Notes: a model not told the origin generated them from the letters alone. A stretch of 64,000 bases of DNA from Bacteroidales bacterium (GCA_049294075.1 JBAQCK010000170.1:5593-69592); one strand, 5' to 3'. Counted from the first letter of the stretch, positions 8,540 through 18,531 are shown. Translations and numbers: made by a program.

Positions 8540-10156
8540 ATGAAAGGAAGATATCTCCTCCCTTTGATACTGTTTGTATTTTTTTACCTGCCTCCCGGAG
8601 TCTCTCAGGAATTAACAACCGTGTTTGATTCCTCAACAGCAGTAACTGGTACATTTAAGGCTCCTCCTGCATCTAACCGCGACACTGTGCCCTCTCAGGT
8701 TATTGTACTTTCACAGGATCAGGCTGTGAGACTGCTTCAGAAAAAATTCAGGTTCCGGCCCGGGCGTCAGCCGGGCGATCCTCTCTATGGCGCCATAGGC
8801 CGTTTGCTGGTTGCCTCATCCACTCCTCCCTTTGATTCCACAAGGCATTATCTGACCGGATATCCCTTCGATTCGCTCAGGATAGCAGGCGACACCCTCC
8901 CATCTGTAAGAAGAATAACCTATACGCTGCCGGTTGATACAATGCAGAGAATTGATTCATTGCAGATTCCGGTTATTGCAGATTCCCTTGTGGTTTCAGG
9001 ATATAAATTCAGGAATGATTCAATCAGGGCAGCAGTCAATGTTCTTCTTGATTACCTTGAAGCCCGCGATTCAAGTATTATCAGATTTACCGGACCGGGA
9101 GTGGGGGAGTACCCGCTCTGGCTGAACTCGGGTTCAGACCGTATGATAAGGTTCTGGCTGAAAAATGATCTTGCCGATTCGGTAACTGTCTGGATAGGCA
9201 ATCCCTCAAGAAACACAATCGGACTATACCTCGAACACGGAGTATCTATAAGGAGGCCCACGCGCCAGGGGAATGTTTCCGAAGCAAGGATTGACATTGA
9301 ACCCAGGGACAACACAACCCTCATCGATATAGACAGGATACTTACGAAATCGCAGTACTGGAGGTACCGGACGGAAGCGTCCTTCTCGCTTAACCAGGGA
9401 ATGGTATCCAACTGGGTCAAAGGCGGAGAAAACAATATTTCCACTGCACTCGACCTGACATGGTTCGCCGATTACAACAACAAGAGCAAGCTTCTTTCGT
9501 CGGCAAACTTTGCAAGAATGAAATACGGGTTGATAAAGTCGGGAAGCGAGGACATAAGGAAGAATCTCGACCTTCTCGAGACAAATTCAAAAATCAATCA
9601 CAAGGCTTTCGGCAAATTTGATTTCAGTGCAATAATGCTGTTTAAAACTCAGATTTCGAAAGGCTACAATTACCCGGATACGATTCCTGTTTCCAGGTTA
9701 CTGAACCCTGCCATCCTGACGCTTGGTTTCGGACTTGATTACAAGCCCGACAAGAAGACATCAATAAACCTGTCGCCCCTGTCGTACAAGGGTACATTTG
9801 TGCCCGACACTGCCAGTATTGATCAGACTAAATACGGTATCGCGGCGGACAGGAGGTCGAAACATGAACCGGGAGCCAGTTTTATGATAATGAATGAGAT
9901 GCGCCCTATGAAAAACATGACTGTGACAAACAGGCTGCAGCTGTTTACAAATTACGTTAATAACCCCCTTAATATTGATGTTGACTGGGAAATGATCATT
10001 CAGGCCAATCTCAACTGGTTCACCGACGTAAGGCTCAATACCCACCTGATCTTCGATGATGATACCAAAACACCTGACAAGGATAAAAACGCCACAAAGA
10101 CTGCACGAATCCAGTTCAAGGAACTGCTTGGACTGTCATTCATTTTCAGGTTCTGA
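8540..10156 (+). CDS. DUF3078-like outer-membrane beta-barrel protein
   Basis: 538 aa with a signal peptide (MKGRYLLPLILFVFFYLPPGVSQ). The C-terminal half has alternating beta-strand character and ends in ...LGLSFIFRF, a terminal aromatic typical of OM barrels. The family assignment is from memory only. Confidence 0.45.
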   Translation: MKGRYLLPLILFVFFYLPPGVSQELTTVFDSSTAVTGTFKAPPASNRDTVPSQVIVLSQDQAVRLLQKKFRFRPGRQPGDPLYGAIGRLLVASSTPPFDSTRHYLTGYPFDSLRIAGDTLPSVRRITYTLPVDTMQRIDSLQIPVIADSLVVSGYKFRNDSIRAAVNVLLDYLEARDSSIIRFTGPGVGEYPLWLNSGSDRMIRFWLKNDLADSVTVWIGNPSRNTIGLYLEHGVSIRRPTRQGNVSEARIDIEPRDNTTLIDIDRILTKSQYWRYRTEASFSLNQGMVSNWVKGGENNISTALDLTWFADYNNKSKLLSSANFARMKYGLIKSGSEDIRKNLDLLETNSKINHKAFGKFDFSAIMLFKTQISKGYNYPDTIPVSRLLNPAILTLGFGLDYKPDKKTSINLSPLSYKGTFVPDTASIDQTKYGIAADRRSKHEPGASFMIMNEMRPMKNMTVTNRLQLFTNYVNNPLNIDVDWEMIIQANLNWFTDVRLNTHLIFDDDTKTPDKDKNATKTARIQFKELLGLSFIFRF

Positions 10157-10215
10157 AAGCTGATAATTAATGAAGGAAGTAAAACAGCCGGTGATTTTTG
10201 CCTGCTGTATACTTG

Positions 10216-11343
10216 TTAGTCAGCAAGGCTCTTCTGGAAAATCCTGAAGCGCTTTACTATTTCCCCGTTCAACCTGTCGCATTCAGCCCTCATCCTGACA
10301 TTCTGTTCCATTATCAGATGACTGTCGAGGATTGTCTTGTTATGTTCCCTGGCAGAATCCAGAAGCTTAATGGCCATCATTACATCAATTCCCTTTCCCC
10401 TGAATTCTTCCCTTACCCCTCCCAGCATAAGCATCAGTTTGGTCGACTCCTTCATACTTTTCATAATCCGGAATATTCCGAAAGGAAAGAGTTTTCCCCT
10501 GGCGGCAATTATTCCCGGTGTCATGTCGGGAAGCGCCACAATGAACCCGACAAACTCGTCTTTCGCCTTGGCCACTATTACAAATTCGGGATCCAGGATG
10601 GGAAGATATCTTCCGGCAAGTTCCTTCTTTTCGGAATCATTAAGCGGGACATACCCGTAAATGTCGCTGAAGGTCTTGTTCATGAGCTCCAGAACAGGAA
10701 TAATAATGGGTTTTATCTCTTTCTTTGACTTGAATTCGGATATTGTTATCTCCCCGTTCCGCGAATACCTTTCCATTGCCTTTAAATACACTAAGGGATA
10801 AGACTCAGGGATCGGCAGATTGTAGTTCACCAGATCAATCTCCTTTGTATATCCTTCTTCTTCAAGCAGAGCCGGCATGTATGGTGAGTTGGTCGGTGCG
10901 GTAAAGAGGTAGGGATACTCGAACCCCTCGATCTGGAATCCCTGGGGATCCTTATCCGAGAATCCCATTGGACCAACAATCTTCACCATTCCCCTGTTTC
11001 TGACCCACTCCTCCGCCTTTGAAATAAGAGCATGGAATATCTCCCTGTCGTTATAGCACTCCATAAAGCTGAACCTGCCGTGCTTTTCTTTTTTTATTCC
11101 GTTATACTTGTTGTTTATAAGAGTCATTATCCTTCCAACCGGTTTCTTATCCTTCCAGGCAAGAAAGAAGGCAGCATCGGCATAGTTGTACGATCTGTTC
11201 TTTTTCTTGTCAAACAGATACCATTCGTCTGAATAGAGCGGAGGCAGCCACCCGGGTTCTCCCTTGTGAACCTTTGCAGGAAGATAGATGAATTCCCGGA
11301 GCTCCCTTCGGGACTGGACTTCTTTAACAATTATTTCGGACAT
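10216..11343 (-). CDS. Hypothetical protein, possibly a GNAT-fold acyltransferase-like protein
   Basis: Start moved to the ATG at 11343 (MSEIIVKEVQSRRELREF...), because the longer ORF would overlap the ubiA-like gene by 127 nt. The function is weakly supported. Confidence 0.4.
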   Translation of the reverse strand: MSEIIVKEVQSRRELREFIYLPAKVHKGEPGWLPPLYSDEWYLFDKKKNRSYNYADAAFFLAWKDKKPVGRIMTLINNKYNGIKKEKHGRFSFMECYNDREIFHALISKAEEWVRNRGMVKIVGPMGFSDKDPQGFQIEGFEYPYLFTAPTNSPYMPALLEEEGYTKEIDLVNYNLPIPESYPLVYLKAMERYSRNGEITISEFKSKKEIKPIIIPVLELMNKTFSDIYGYVPLNDSEKKELAGRYLPILDPEFVIVAKAKDEFVGFIVALPDMTPGIIAARGKLFPFGIFRIMKSMKESTKLMLMLGGVREEFRGKGIDVMMAIKLLDSAREHNKTILDSHLIMEQNVRMRAECDRLNGEIVKRFRIFQKSLAD

Positions 11344-11399
11344 CAGGTCATGGTATTTCAAGCGCCAATAAACAAAAAAAACTGACAGACTATCACAAA

Positions 11400-12275
11400 T
11401 CAGGTAAAAATTACAAGGTCGGTTATCACGAAAAGTGCATATAGCAAACTTGCTATACCGTTTGTAGTCTGAAATGCCAGCGTCACCCTGCTCAGGTCGT
11501 TGGGCTTCACCAGCATATGCTGCCATAAAAGCAATCCTGTGAAAACGATGGCTCCGATCAGGTAAAGTACTTTCCCATTGCCTGCTATCCCGGCGGCAAC
11601 CACAAGGATGAAAGTTAAGAAATGCACAATGCCCGAGATTGCCAGGGCTTTTTTCCTTCCTGTCAGTGAAGGTATTGAATGAAGGTTATGTTCCCTGTCA
11701 AATTCCGCGTCCTGAAGGGCATAGATGATGTCAAACCCGCTTACCCAGGTAAGTACAATCAGGGAATAGATTATCGGGAGGAAATGGAACGAACCGGTTA
11801 CGGAAATATATGCACCTATTGGCGCGAGGCTTAGTCCAAGACCAAGAATGAAGTGGCAAAGAAATGTGAATCTTTTGGTAAGGCTGTAGCCCAGGATCAC
11901 TGCAAGAGCCACTGGTGAAAGGAAAAGGGTGAGTTTGTTGATCAGTCCGGCCGATAAAACAAACAGGATGGCATTTAAAGCTATAAAGACACCAGCTGAT
12001 CTGCCACCGATCTTGCCGGAGGGTATCTCCCTCTGTTCTGTCCTGGGGTTCAGTGAATCGAACTTCCTGTCAACGAGCCTGTTGAAGCCCATCGCGGCAT
12101 TTCTCGCAAAAACCATGCACAGAATAATAAGCAGAAGAAGCCGAAAGCTGAATTCATGAACCGTCGTGGTGACGGCAAGAGTGAAGCCTATCAGTGCGAA
12201 CGGCATTGCAAAAACCGTATGCATGAACTTGACGAGAGAGAGATAATTGCCGGCTGTCTTAAGTATTCTTCCCAT
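11400..12275 (-). CDS. UbiA-family aromatic polyprenyltransferase
   Basis: 291 aa, about 8-9 TM segments. ARNAAMGFNRLVDRKFD matches the UbiA NxxxDxxxD-type Asp-rich motif. Confidence 0.75.
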   Translation of the reverse strand: MGRILKTAGNYLSLVKFMHTVFAMPFALIGFTLAVTTTVHEFSFRLLLLIILCMVFARNAAMGFNRLVDRKFDSLNPRTEQREIPSGKIGGRSAGVFIALNAILFVLSAGLINKLTLFLSPVALAVILGYSLTKRFTFLCHFILGLGLSLAPIGAYISVTGSFHFLPIIYSLIVLTWVSGFDIIYALQDAEFDREHNLHSIPSLTGRKKALAISGIVHFLTFILVVAAGIAGNGKVLYLIGAIVFTGLLLWQHMLVKPNDLSRVTLAFQTTNGIASLLYALFVITDLVIFT

Positions 12276-12335
12276 TTCAGGATTGTGAATTCAGATTAAA
12301 CCCGGGGTTTTAAGATCCGGGAAGCTTCATGCCTT

Positions 12336-14792
12336 TCATCTGATCTTTGCACCAAGTTCATTCTCAAAGGCAATTCGGAGGTTGTTCATCACCTTGTCGA
12401 TATTCTTGTCGGTCAGGGTCCTCATATCATCCCTGAGAATGAAACTGACAGCGTATGATTTCTTGTTAGCCCCCAGGCTGTCGCTTTCATAAACGTCGAA
12501 GAGATTTACATCGCGCAGTACATGCTTTTCGGTAAGGAAGGCAATATCCCTGATCCGTCCGAACCCGGTCGCCCTATCGAGAAGCATGGACATGTCGCGC
12601 CTCACAGCAGGATATTTCGGGAGTTCAGTGAATGTGATGGCTTTCCTGCCGATCAGCCTGGTCACCTGATCCCATTCAATATGACTGTAGAATACATCCT
12701 GACCGATACCGAACCTTGAAAGCATACTTTTTGACAGTTTTCCCGTCTCAGCCAATATTTTGTTGTTGAGAACATAGGTTATCGATTCGGCAAAATACTT
12801 TTTCTGACTCTCTCCGTTCGCAAGTAGCAGAGTGTCAATTCCCAGCCGCGAAAAGATCATCTCGGTGGCAGATTTTATGTGGAAGAAATCTGTGGGACTG
12901 GCCTTGTGATTCCAGCTTTCCTTACCTGTTTTTCCGGTAATGAATATATCCAGTGATTTTCTTTCGGTGTAATCATCTACTGACGGAACAGGAGAGTCAT
13001 GCCTTGTTCTGAAATAGCAGTTACCGAATTCATAAAGCCTGAGATCATAACACTGGCGGTTGATGTTCCAGATAACCGAGCCGAGTCCGCCATACAAAAG
13101 CGATTGTCTCATTGCATTCAGATCGGAGCTCAGCGGATTTGCCAGTGTCACAAGCTGGTTTGCGTCAAAATCGCTGTTGCCTTCATACCACTCCGCCGGA
13201 TTGAGGGAGTTGCACATTATCTCGGCAAAGCCATTGGCCGAGAGGAGTTCTGAAACGGTATTAACCGCCTTTTCCAGGTCGGGTTTCTCAATGTAAGTCA
13301 GTGTGGAGTTTACATGATCATTGATCTCCACATTATTGTATCCGTAAATCCTCAGGATCTCTTCGATAACGTCAGCCTCCAGCTTTACATCAACCCTGTA
13401 CGCGGGGACCTCAAGAAGCATAGTTTCATTATCTTCCCTGAGAATCTTAAAGTCAAGCAGTCCGAGGATCCTGCGTATTGTCTCCCTGCCTATCTTTTTC
13501 CCGATGAGCCGGTCGATGTTCGAGAAACTTACTTCAGCTGTTGCATTCCTGATTTTTTCAGGATAAACGTCTATAATGCCGGAGCTTATCTTACCCCCGG
13601 CGAGCTCCTTCATCAGGATGGCTGCCCGTTTCAGGGCCCAGACGGTTATGTTGGGATCGGTTCCCCTTTCAAATCTGAAAGAGGCGTCCGTCTGAAGAGA
13701 ATGCCTTTTGGAGGTTTTTCTTATTGAAACCGCGTTGAAATGGGCGCTCTCCAGGAAGATATTCCTTGTGGCTGAAGTGACACCCGATTTGATCCCCCCG
13801 AAGACTCCTGCAATGCACATTCCCTCTTCTTCATTGCAGATCATAAGGTCGCGCGAGGAAAGGCTTCTTTCAAGCCCGTCGAGGGTTATGAATCTGGTTT
13901 TGTCGGGAAGGTTTTTAATGATGACTTTTTTCCCTGTTACCTTATCGGCATCGAAAGCATGCAGGGGCTGCCCGATCTCGTGCTGAACGAAATTTGTTAT
14001 ATCTACAACATTGTTTATTGGATTGAGACCTATTGACCTGAGCCTTGTTTTCAGCCATTCGGGTGATTCTCCGATTGTGACATCGCTTATTGTAATTCCG
14101 GTGTATCGCGGGCAGGCGCCAGGGTTTTCCACAATCACTTCAAAGCCTGAGGCATTGCTGTCGGGACTGAAGCTATCGACGGAAGGCCTTATGGCAGTAT
14201 GGTCGCGGCCACTGTTGAGGCTCAGGTATGCCGCCAGGTCGCGTGCAACCCCAAAGTGCGATCCGCTGTCTATCCTGTTGGGAGTCAGACCTATCTCAAA
14301 TATGGTATCGCGCACCACCCTGAAATACTCACTTGCAGGCGTGCCGGGTACGGCATTGCTGTCGAGAACCATTATGCCTTCATGGCTGTCGCCCAGTCCC
14401 AGTTCATCCTCGGCGCATATCATGCCCTCCGACACTTCGCCTCTGATCTTTGTCTTTTTTAGCTCGATGGATTCTTCGCCCCGGTATAGTGTTGTTCCGG
14501 CAACAGCAACAGGAACTTTCTGTCCTGCAGCAACATTTGGAGCTCCGCAAACAATATGAAGATGTTCAGGCCGGCCTATGTCAACAGTTGTAACTGAAAG
14601 CTTGTCGGCATCAGGATGTTTCATGCAGGTGACGACTTTACCTATCACTACACCCTTCAGTCCGCCCCTGACTGATTCCCACTCCTCAACTCCTTCAATT
14701 TCGAGGCCAATACCGGTAAGTATTTCAGACAATTCGTGGGGATCAATGTCAATCCCAAGGTACTCTTTCAGCCAGTTATATGAAATTTTCAT
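12336..14792 (-). CDS. pheT: Phenylalanine--tRNA ligase beta subunit
   Basis: 818 aa. MKISYNWLKEYL N-terminus, tRNA-binding domain (VVIGKVVTCMKHPDADKLSVTTVDIG), and B3/4, B5 and FDX-ACB-like C-terminal regions. Confidence 0.95.
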   Translation of the reverse strand: MKISYNWLKEYLGIDIDPHELSEILTGIGLEIEGVEEWESVRGGLKGVVIGKVVTCMKHPDADKLSVTTVDIGRPEHLHIVCGAPNVAAGQKVPVAVAGTTLYRGEESIELKKTKIRGEVSEGMICAEDELGLGDSHEGIMVLDSNAVPGTPASEYFRVVRDTIFEIGLTPNRIDSGSHFGVARDLAAYLSLNSGRDHTAIRPSVDSFSPDSNASGFEVIVENPGACPRYTGITISDVTIGESPEWLKTRLRSIGLNPINNVVDITNFVQHEIGQPLHAFDADKVTGKKVIIKNLPDKTRFITLDGLERSLSSRDLMICNEEEGMCIAGVFGGIKSGVTSATRNIFLESAHFNAVSIRKTSKRHSLQTDASFRFERGTDPNITVWALKRAAILMKELAGGKISSGIIDVYPEKIRNATAEVSFSNIDRLIGKKIGRETIRRILGLLDFKILREDNETMLLEVPAYRVDVKLEADVIEEILRIYGYNNVEINDHVNSTLTYIEKPDLEKAVNTVSELLSANGFAEIMCNSLNPAEWYEGNSDFDANQLVTLANPLSSDLNAMRQSLLYGGLGSVIWNINRQCYDLRLYEFGNCYFRTRHDSPVPSVDDYTERKSLDIFITGKTGKESWNHKASPTDFFHIKSATEMIFSRLGIDTLLLANGESQKKYFAESITYVLNNKILAETGKLSKSMLSRFGIGQDVFYSHIEWDQVTRLIGRKAITFTELPKYPAVRRDMSMLLDRATGFGRIRDIAFLTEKHVLRDVNLFDVYESDSLGANKKSYAVSFILRDDMRTLTDKNIDKVMNNLRIAFENELGAKIR

Positions 14793-14986
14793 CAGTTTTA
14801 AAAAAATAATATTCTTTGAGTATGGTGTTAATGTGACTACTTCATAAAAGCCCGTCTGCCCGGTCGTAATTTGTTTAAAAGTTTGTCCGGTTTGTGGGTT
14901 ACTTTCATCACGGCCGGCTGTTCAAAACGAAAAATTTATCAAGATTGCAAAAGTAAACAATTTCTCTAAGCTTAAGGGTAATTATC

Positions 14987-14994
14987 TATCTTTG
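14987..14994 (+). promoter_or_regulatory. Candidate -7 promoter box (TATCTTTG) for surE
   Basis: Exact TAnnTTTG 20 nt upstream of the surE ATG at 15014. Confidence 0.45.
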
Positions 14995-15013
14995 CACATC
15001 AAAACCAGATAAG

Positions 15014-15796
15014 ATGACTCTCGAACAGAACGACAGACTGATACTTATTACCAACGACGACGGGTTGTATGCCGCAGGCCTCAGGACTCTCATTGAAGTA
15101 ATGGAAGAATTCGGAAAGGTGGTGCTGGTTTCGACCCAGGAAAGTATGTCGGGAATGTCGATGGCCCTCACGGTGAAGACTCCGCTCAGAGTCAAGCTTC
15201 TCGAGGAGACTGACCGTCGCAGGGTTTATGCCTGCAACGGAACACCTACCGACAGTATTAAGCTCGCTGTCAATCAGTTGCTTGAGAGAAAACCCGACTG
15301 GGTAGTATCAGGAATCAACCACGGCTCCAATGCTTCTGTAAGCGTACTTTATTCCGGCACTATGGCAGCAGCTATCGAAGGTTGTTTGTACGGGATAGAC
15401 TCCGTGGGTTTTTCAATGAGCAACTTCTCCCGAACAGCCGACTTCTCAATATGCATGAAATTCATCAGGATAGTGATGCTGAAACTTACCGAGATGACGC
15501 TTCCAAAGGGTATATGCCTCAACGTCAACATACCTTCTGTTCCTGAGAATGATATAAAAGGAATAAAGATTTGCCGCCAGTCAAAAGGCAACTGGAAGGA
15601 GGAATTCGAAAAGAGGAAAGATCCAATGGGCCGGACCTATTACTGGCTTACCGGGATGTTTCAGAACCAGGAACCGGAGGCTTCGGATACCGATGAATGG
15701 GCACTCGCGAATAACTATGTTTCAATAGTTCCGGTTTCGATCGACATGACCGCACACTCATATATTGACACATTGAAGGAACGATTCAGCCTATGA
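15014..15796 (+). CDS. surE: 5'/3'-nucleotidase SurE
   Basis: 260 aa. ILITNDDGLYAAGL and SGINHGSN SurE signatures. Confidence 0.9.
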   Translation: MTLEQNDRLILITNDDGLYAAGLRTLIEVMEEFGKVVLVSTQESMSGMSMALTVKTPLRVKLLEETDRRRVYACNGTPTDSIKLAVNQLLERKPDWVVSGINHGSNASVSVLYSGTMAAAIEGCLYGIDSVGFSMSNFSRTADFSICMKFIRIVMLKLTEMTLPKGICLNVNIPSVPENDIKGIKICRQSKGNWKEEFEKRKDPMGRTYYWLTGMFQNQEPEASDTDEWALANNYVSIVPVSIDMTAHSYIDTLKERFSL

Positions 15797-16092
15797 CATT
15801 CACCGGGAAATATGACAGGCAATATATCGGAGTCCTTGCCGGTTTTTTAATCCCGTTGCTGATATCTGCAGGAATCTGGCTCTTCTCGGAGGGTAACAGG
15901 ACTCCCCTGGAATATTTCAGGAGAATAGCTGAGGCAGATATCCTGACTCATATAATTTCACTTTGCGTGTTTCCCAACATTTTCCTTTTCCTGCTCTTCA
16001 ACCGGCTCGATATGCTCAGGGCCACCAGGGGAGTGCTTGCGATCACAATATTCTGGGCAGTGCTGGTTTTTGCAGTAAAGTTTCTGTTATGA
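15793..16092 (+). CDS. Small hypothetical membrane protein (3 predicted TM segments)
   Basis: 99 aa. ATGA start/stop overlaps at both ends, with the surE stop at 15794-15796 and the lpxB start at 16089. Hydrophobic segments are visible; I recognise no family. Confidence 0.4.
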   Translation: MTFTGKYDRQYIGVLAGFLIPLLISAGIWLFSEGNRTPLEYFRRIAEADILTHIISLCVFPNIFLFLLFNRLDMLRATRGVLAITIFWAVLVFAVKFLL

Positions 16093-17222
16093 AGTATTTC
16101 ATAATAGCCGGAGAACAATCGGGCGATCTTCACGGATCGAACCTTGTCAGGGAACTGTTCCGGCTCGACAGGGAGGCAAGTATCCGATGTTGGGGCGGTG
16201 ATCTCATGCAGTCGGAAGGAGCAGAACTCCTTATGCACTACCGCCAGACAGCGTTCATGGGCTTCGTCGAGGTTGCAAAGAACCTTGGTTCCATTCGCAG
16301 GCTGTTTACCCTTTGCAAACAGCAGATCAACTCATTCAGTCCCGATGTTGTGATTCTGATCGATTATCCGGGCTTCAATCTGCGAATAGCGGAATTTGCA
16401 AAGAAATCCGGATTAAAGGTTTTCTATTATATTTCACCTAAACTGTGGGCATGGAATGAGGGAAGAGTAAAAAAGGTGAAGCGTAGTGTCGACAGGATGT
16501 ACATCATTTTTCCCTTTGAGGTTGAGTTTTATTCAAGGCACGGCATTGAAGCCGTTTATCGCGGTAATCCGCTTCTCGATGAGACTGGAAAGAGACAAAG
16601 AGCTCTTCCACCTGAGGATGAAGTGCGTAAATCGCTGGGGCTTGATGATAAACCGGTTATTGCCATGCTTGCCGGCAGCAGAAAGAGTGAGGTTAAGCAG
16701 ATACTTCCGGAAATGCTTAAAGTCGTTTTACATTTCCCCGGCTACCAGTTTGTCCTGGCAGGTGTGAAGAACCTCCCTGACGAACTTTACCGGGGAGTAT
16801 TAAGGGATTACCCGGTGAGGCTTATCAGGGACAGGACTTACGAGATACTTCATGTATCGGAAGCAGCGCTTGTGAAATCGGGAACCGCAACCCTCGAGGC
16901 TGCCCTTCTGGGGGTACCGGAGGTTGTATGCTACAAGGGCGACTTTATCTCAATGGTGATCGCCCGGGCGGTGATAAAAGTCAGATTCATTTCACTGGTA
17001 AACCTTATTGCCGGTTATGAAGCAGTTAAGGAACTGGTTCAGTTCTCACTGAATGAAAGGAACCTGGTGATGGAGCTGGAGGCTGTCCTGCCCGGCGGAT
17101 CAAAAAGGGGAAAGGTGCTGCGCGGTTATGCACGGGTGAAGGAAATACTGGGACCTGAAGGTGCGTCGGAACGGGTGGCATCCGACATGGTGGAGGCCTT
17201 AAGGCAGCCAAATCCCCGGTGA
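16089..17222 (+). CDS. lpxB: Lipid-A-disaccharide synthase
   Basis: Start set at MKYFIIAGEQSGDLHG (the canonical LpxB N-terminus) rather than the upstream start in the ORF track. Also has KSGTATLEAALLGVPEVVCYK. Confidence 0.9.
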   Translation: MKYFIIAGEQSGDLHGSNLVRELFRLDREASIRCWGGDLMQSEGAELLMHYRQTAFMGFVEVAKNLGSIRRLFTLCKQQINSFSPDVVILIDYPGFNLRIAEFAKKSGLKVFYYISPKLWAWNEGRVKKVKRSVDRMYIIFPFEVEFYSRHGIEAVYRGNPLLDETGKRQRALPPEDEVRKSLGLDDKPVIAMLAGSRKSEVKQILPEMLKVVLHFPGYQFVLAGVKNLPDELYRGVLRDYPVRLIRDRTYEILHVSEAALVKSGTATLEAALLGVPEVVCYKGDFISMVIARAVIKVRFISLVNLIAGYEAVKELVQFSLNERNLVMELEAVLPGGSKRGKVLRGYARVKEILGPEGASERVASDMVEALRQPNPR

Positions 17223-17261
17223 TCCCTCAGATGGCATGATTACTAAAGTTCAGAGTATTAG

Positions 17262-18428
17262 ATGACAAGGATTTTTCTGAATATACTATTGCTTGTTTTC
17301 CTTTTGCCTCACATGGCACCGGCACAGGTTAAGGTGAGGGTGTTTGCCGACCGGAAGCCCTCCTCTGCATCCCTTTCAGTGATCCATGGTAAATTTGATC
17401 TGGATACATATGATGGCTCTCCTGTCCCCATTGAACCGGGCGATCCTGTAATTTTTGCCTTGTATGGAGGCAGGATAGCCGTAAAGCTCAGAAATTCAGT
17501 AAGTTTTACCGTGGATTCTCTGACAGTGAGGGGACTGACCGGCAATGATAATTTTTCTCTCAGGATCAATGGCAGCCCGGGAGAGCGGCGATATTACAGC
17601 GGAAGCCTTAAGTGCATCGCCGACCTTGGGGTAATGGTTTTTACAAATATATGCGACGTGGAGGAATATATTGCCGGTGTCGTAAGGACAGAAGGCGGAC
17701 CGGGCCGAAGGATTGAATACCTGAAATCACAGGCTCTTCTTGCCCGGACTTACCTTTACAGGAATTCAGACCGGCACATTATCGACGGCTATAACCTGTG
17801 CGACAACACTCACTGCCAGGCTTTCAACGGCATTACTTCTGATTCGCTTATACTGAGGGCTGCATCGGAAACAAGAGACCAGGTTATCCTTGCCGCCGAC
17901 AGCACGCTCATAATTTCAGCATTTCACTCCAATTGCGGAGGTGAAACCTCGACCTCCGATTTTGTTTGGCTCGCTGGTCATGCCTACCTTAAACGGGTTA
18001 CTGATCCGTATTGCATAAAATCGCCAAATGCTCACTGGAAAAAATCGATCCCCCTGGTTGAATGGGAATCTTATCTGAAACGTTCAGGATACAATCCACC
18101 GGGAAATACAGGACACTCTTACAATTTTGCACAGAGCGCCAGGCATAACGAGTACCGGATAGGATCTTTCTCCATTCCTTTCAATAAGATCAGGAATGAC
18201 CTTAACCTCAAATCATCTTTTTTTTCGGTGTCACATGAAGGCAGCTCCATCGTTCTCAGGGGAAGGGGATACGGTCACGGTGTGGGACTTTGTCAGGAGG
18301 GAGCCATGGTTATGGCAGCCAGGGGATTTAAGTCGGGTGAAATAATAACATTCTATTATTCAGATGTTATAATAACTGATGTGAAAAACGCAAAGCCCTT
18401 AAAAAATGGTAATGACAATCGGCAATGA
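17262..18428 (+). CDS. SpoIID/LytB domain-containing protein
   Basis: 388 aa with a signal peptide. Motifs EEYIAGVV..E, LKSQALLARTY, CDNTHCQAF, FHSNCGGET and GHGVGLCQEGA are typical of SpoIID-type lytic transglycosylases. Confidence 0.75.
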   Translation: MTRIFLNILLLVFLLPHMAPAQVKVRVFADRKPSSASLSVIHGKFDLDTYDGSPVPIEPGDPVIFALYGGRIAVKLRNSVSFTVDSLTVRGLTGNDNFSLRINGSPGERRYYSGSLKCIADLGVMVFTNICDVEEYIAGVVRTEGGPGRRIEYLKSQALLARTYLYRNSDRHIIDGYNLCDNTHCQAFNGITSDSLILRAASETRDQVILAADSTLIISAFHSNCGGETSTSDFVWLAGHAYLKRVTDPYCIKSPNAHWKKSIPLVEWESYLKRSGYNPPGNTGHSYNFAQSARHNEYRIGSFSIPFNKIRNDLNLKSSFFSVSHEGSSIVLRGRGYGHGVGLCQEGAMVMAARGFKSGEIITFYYSDVIITDVKNAKPLKNGNDNRQ

Positions 18429-18466
18429 TGAATACAATTATCAATTATAATTTATACCCCCTTTCC

Positions 18467-18504
18467 TCCTGATAGCTATCGGGAGGAAAGAGGGTCAGTG
18501 TGAA
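18467..18504. repeat. Near-perfect 30-nt palindrome flanked by CCCC/AGGG (long hairpin; possible terminator or operator)
   Basis: ctttcctcctgatag (18471-18485) pairs with ctatcgggaggaaag (18486-18500), with a single T/G mismatch. It lies 40 nt downstream of the spoIID-like stop. No U-tract follows. Confidence 0.5.
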
Positions 18505-18523
18505 TAAAAGGAAACTTATTGAT

Positions 18524-18531
18524 TATTTTTG
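18524..18531 (+). promoter_or_regulatory. Candidate -7 promoter box (TATTTTTG) for gldFG
   Basis: Exact TAnnTTTG about 125 nt upstream of the 18656 start. Confidence 0.3.

Noticed and set aside
11344-11526. N-terminal extension of the 10216 ORF to 11526 (436 aa)
   Set aside because: The extension overlaps the 3' end of the ubiA-like gene by 127 nt and looks non-protein-like. The ATG at 11343 gives a sensible N-terminus.
14011-14559. 182-aa + strand ORF inside pheT
   Set aside because: It is antisense to an unambiguous, full-length pheT, with Ser/Pro/Leu-rich shadow composition.
15963-16088. Upstream extension of lpxB (419-aa version)
   Set aside because: The canonical LpxB N-terminus MKYFIIAGEQSGD starts at 16089, with an ATGA overlap to the preceding gene. 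The extension lies inside the small membrane ORF in another frame.
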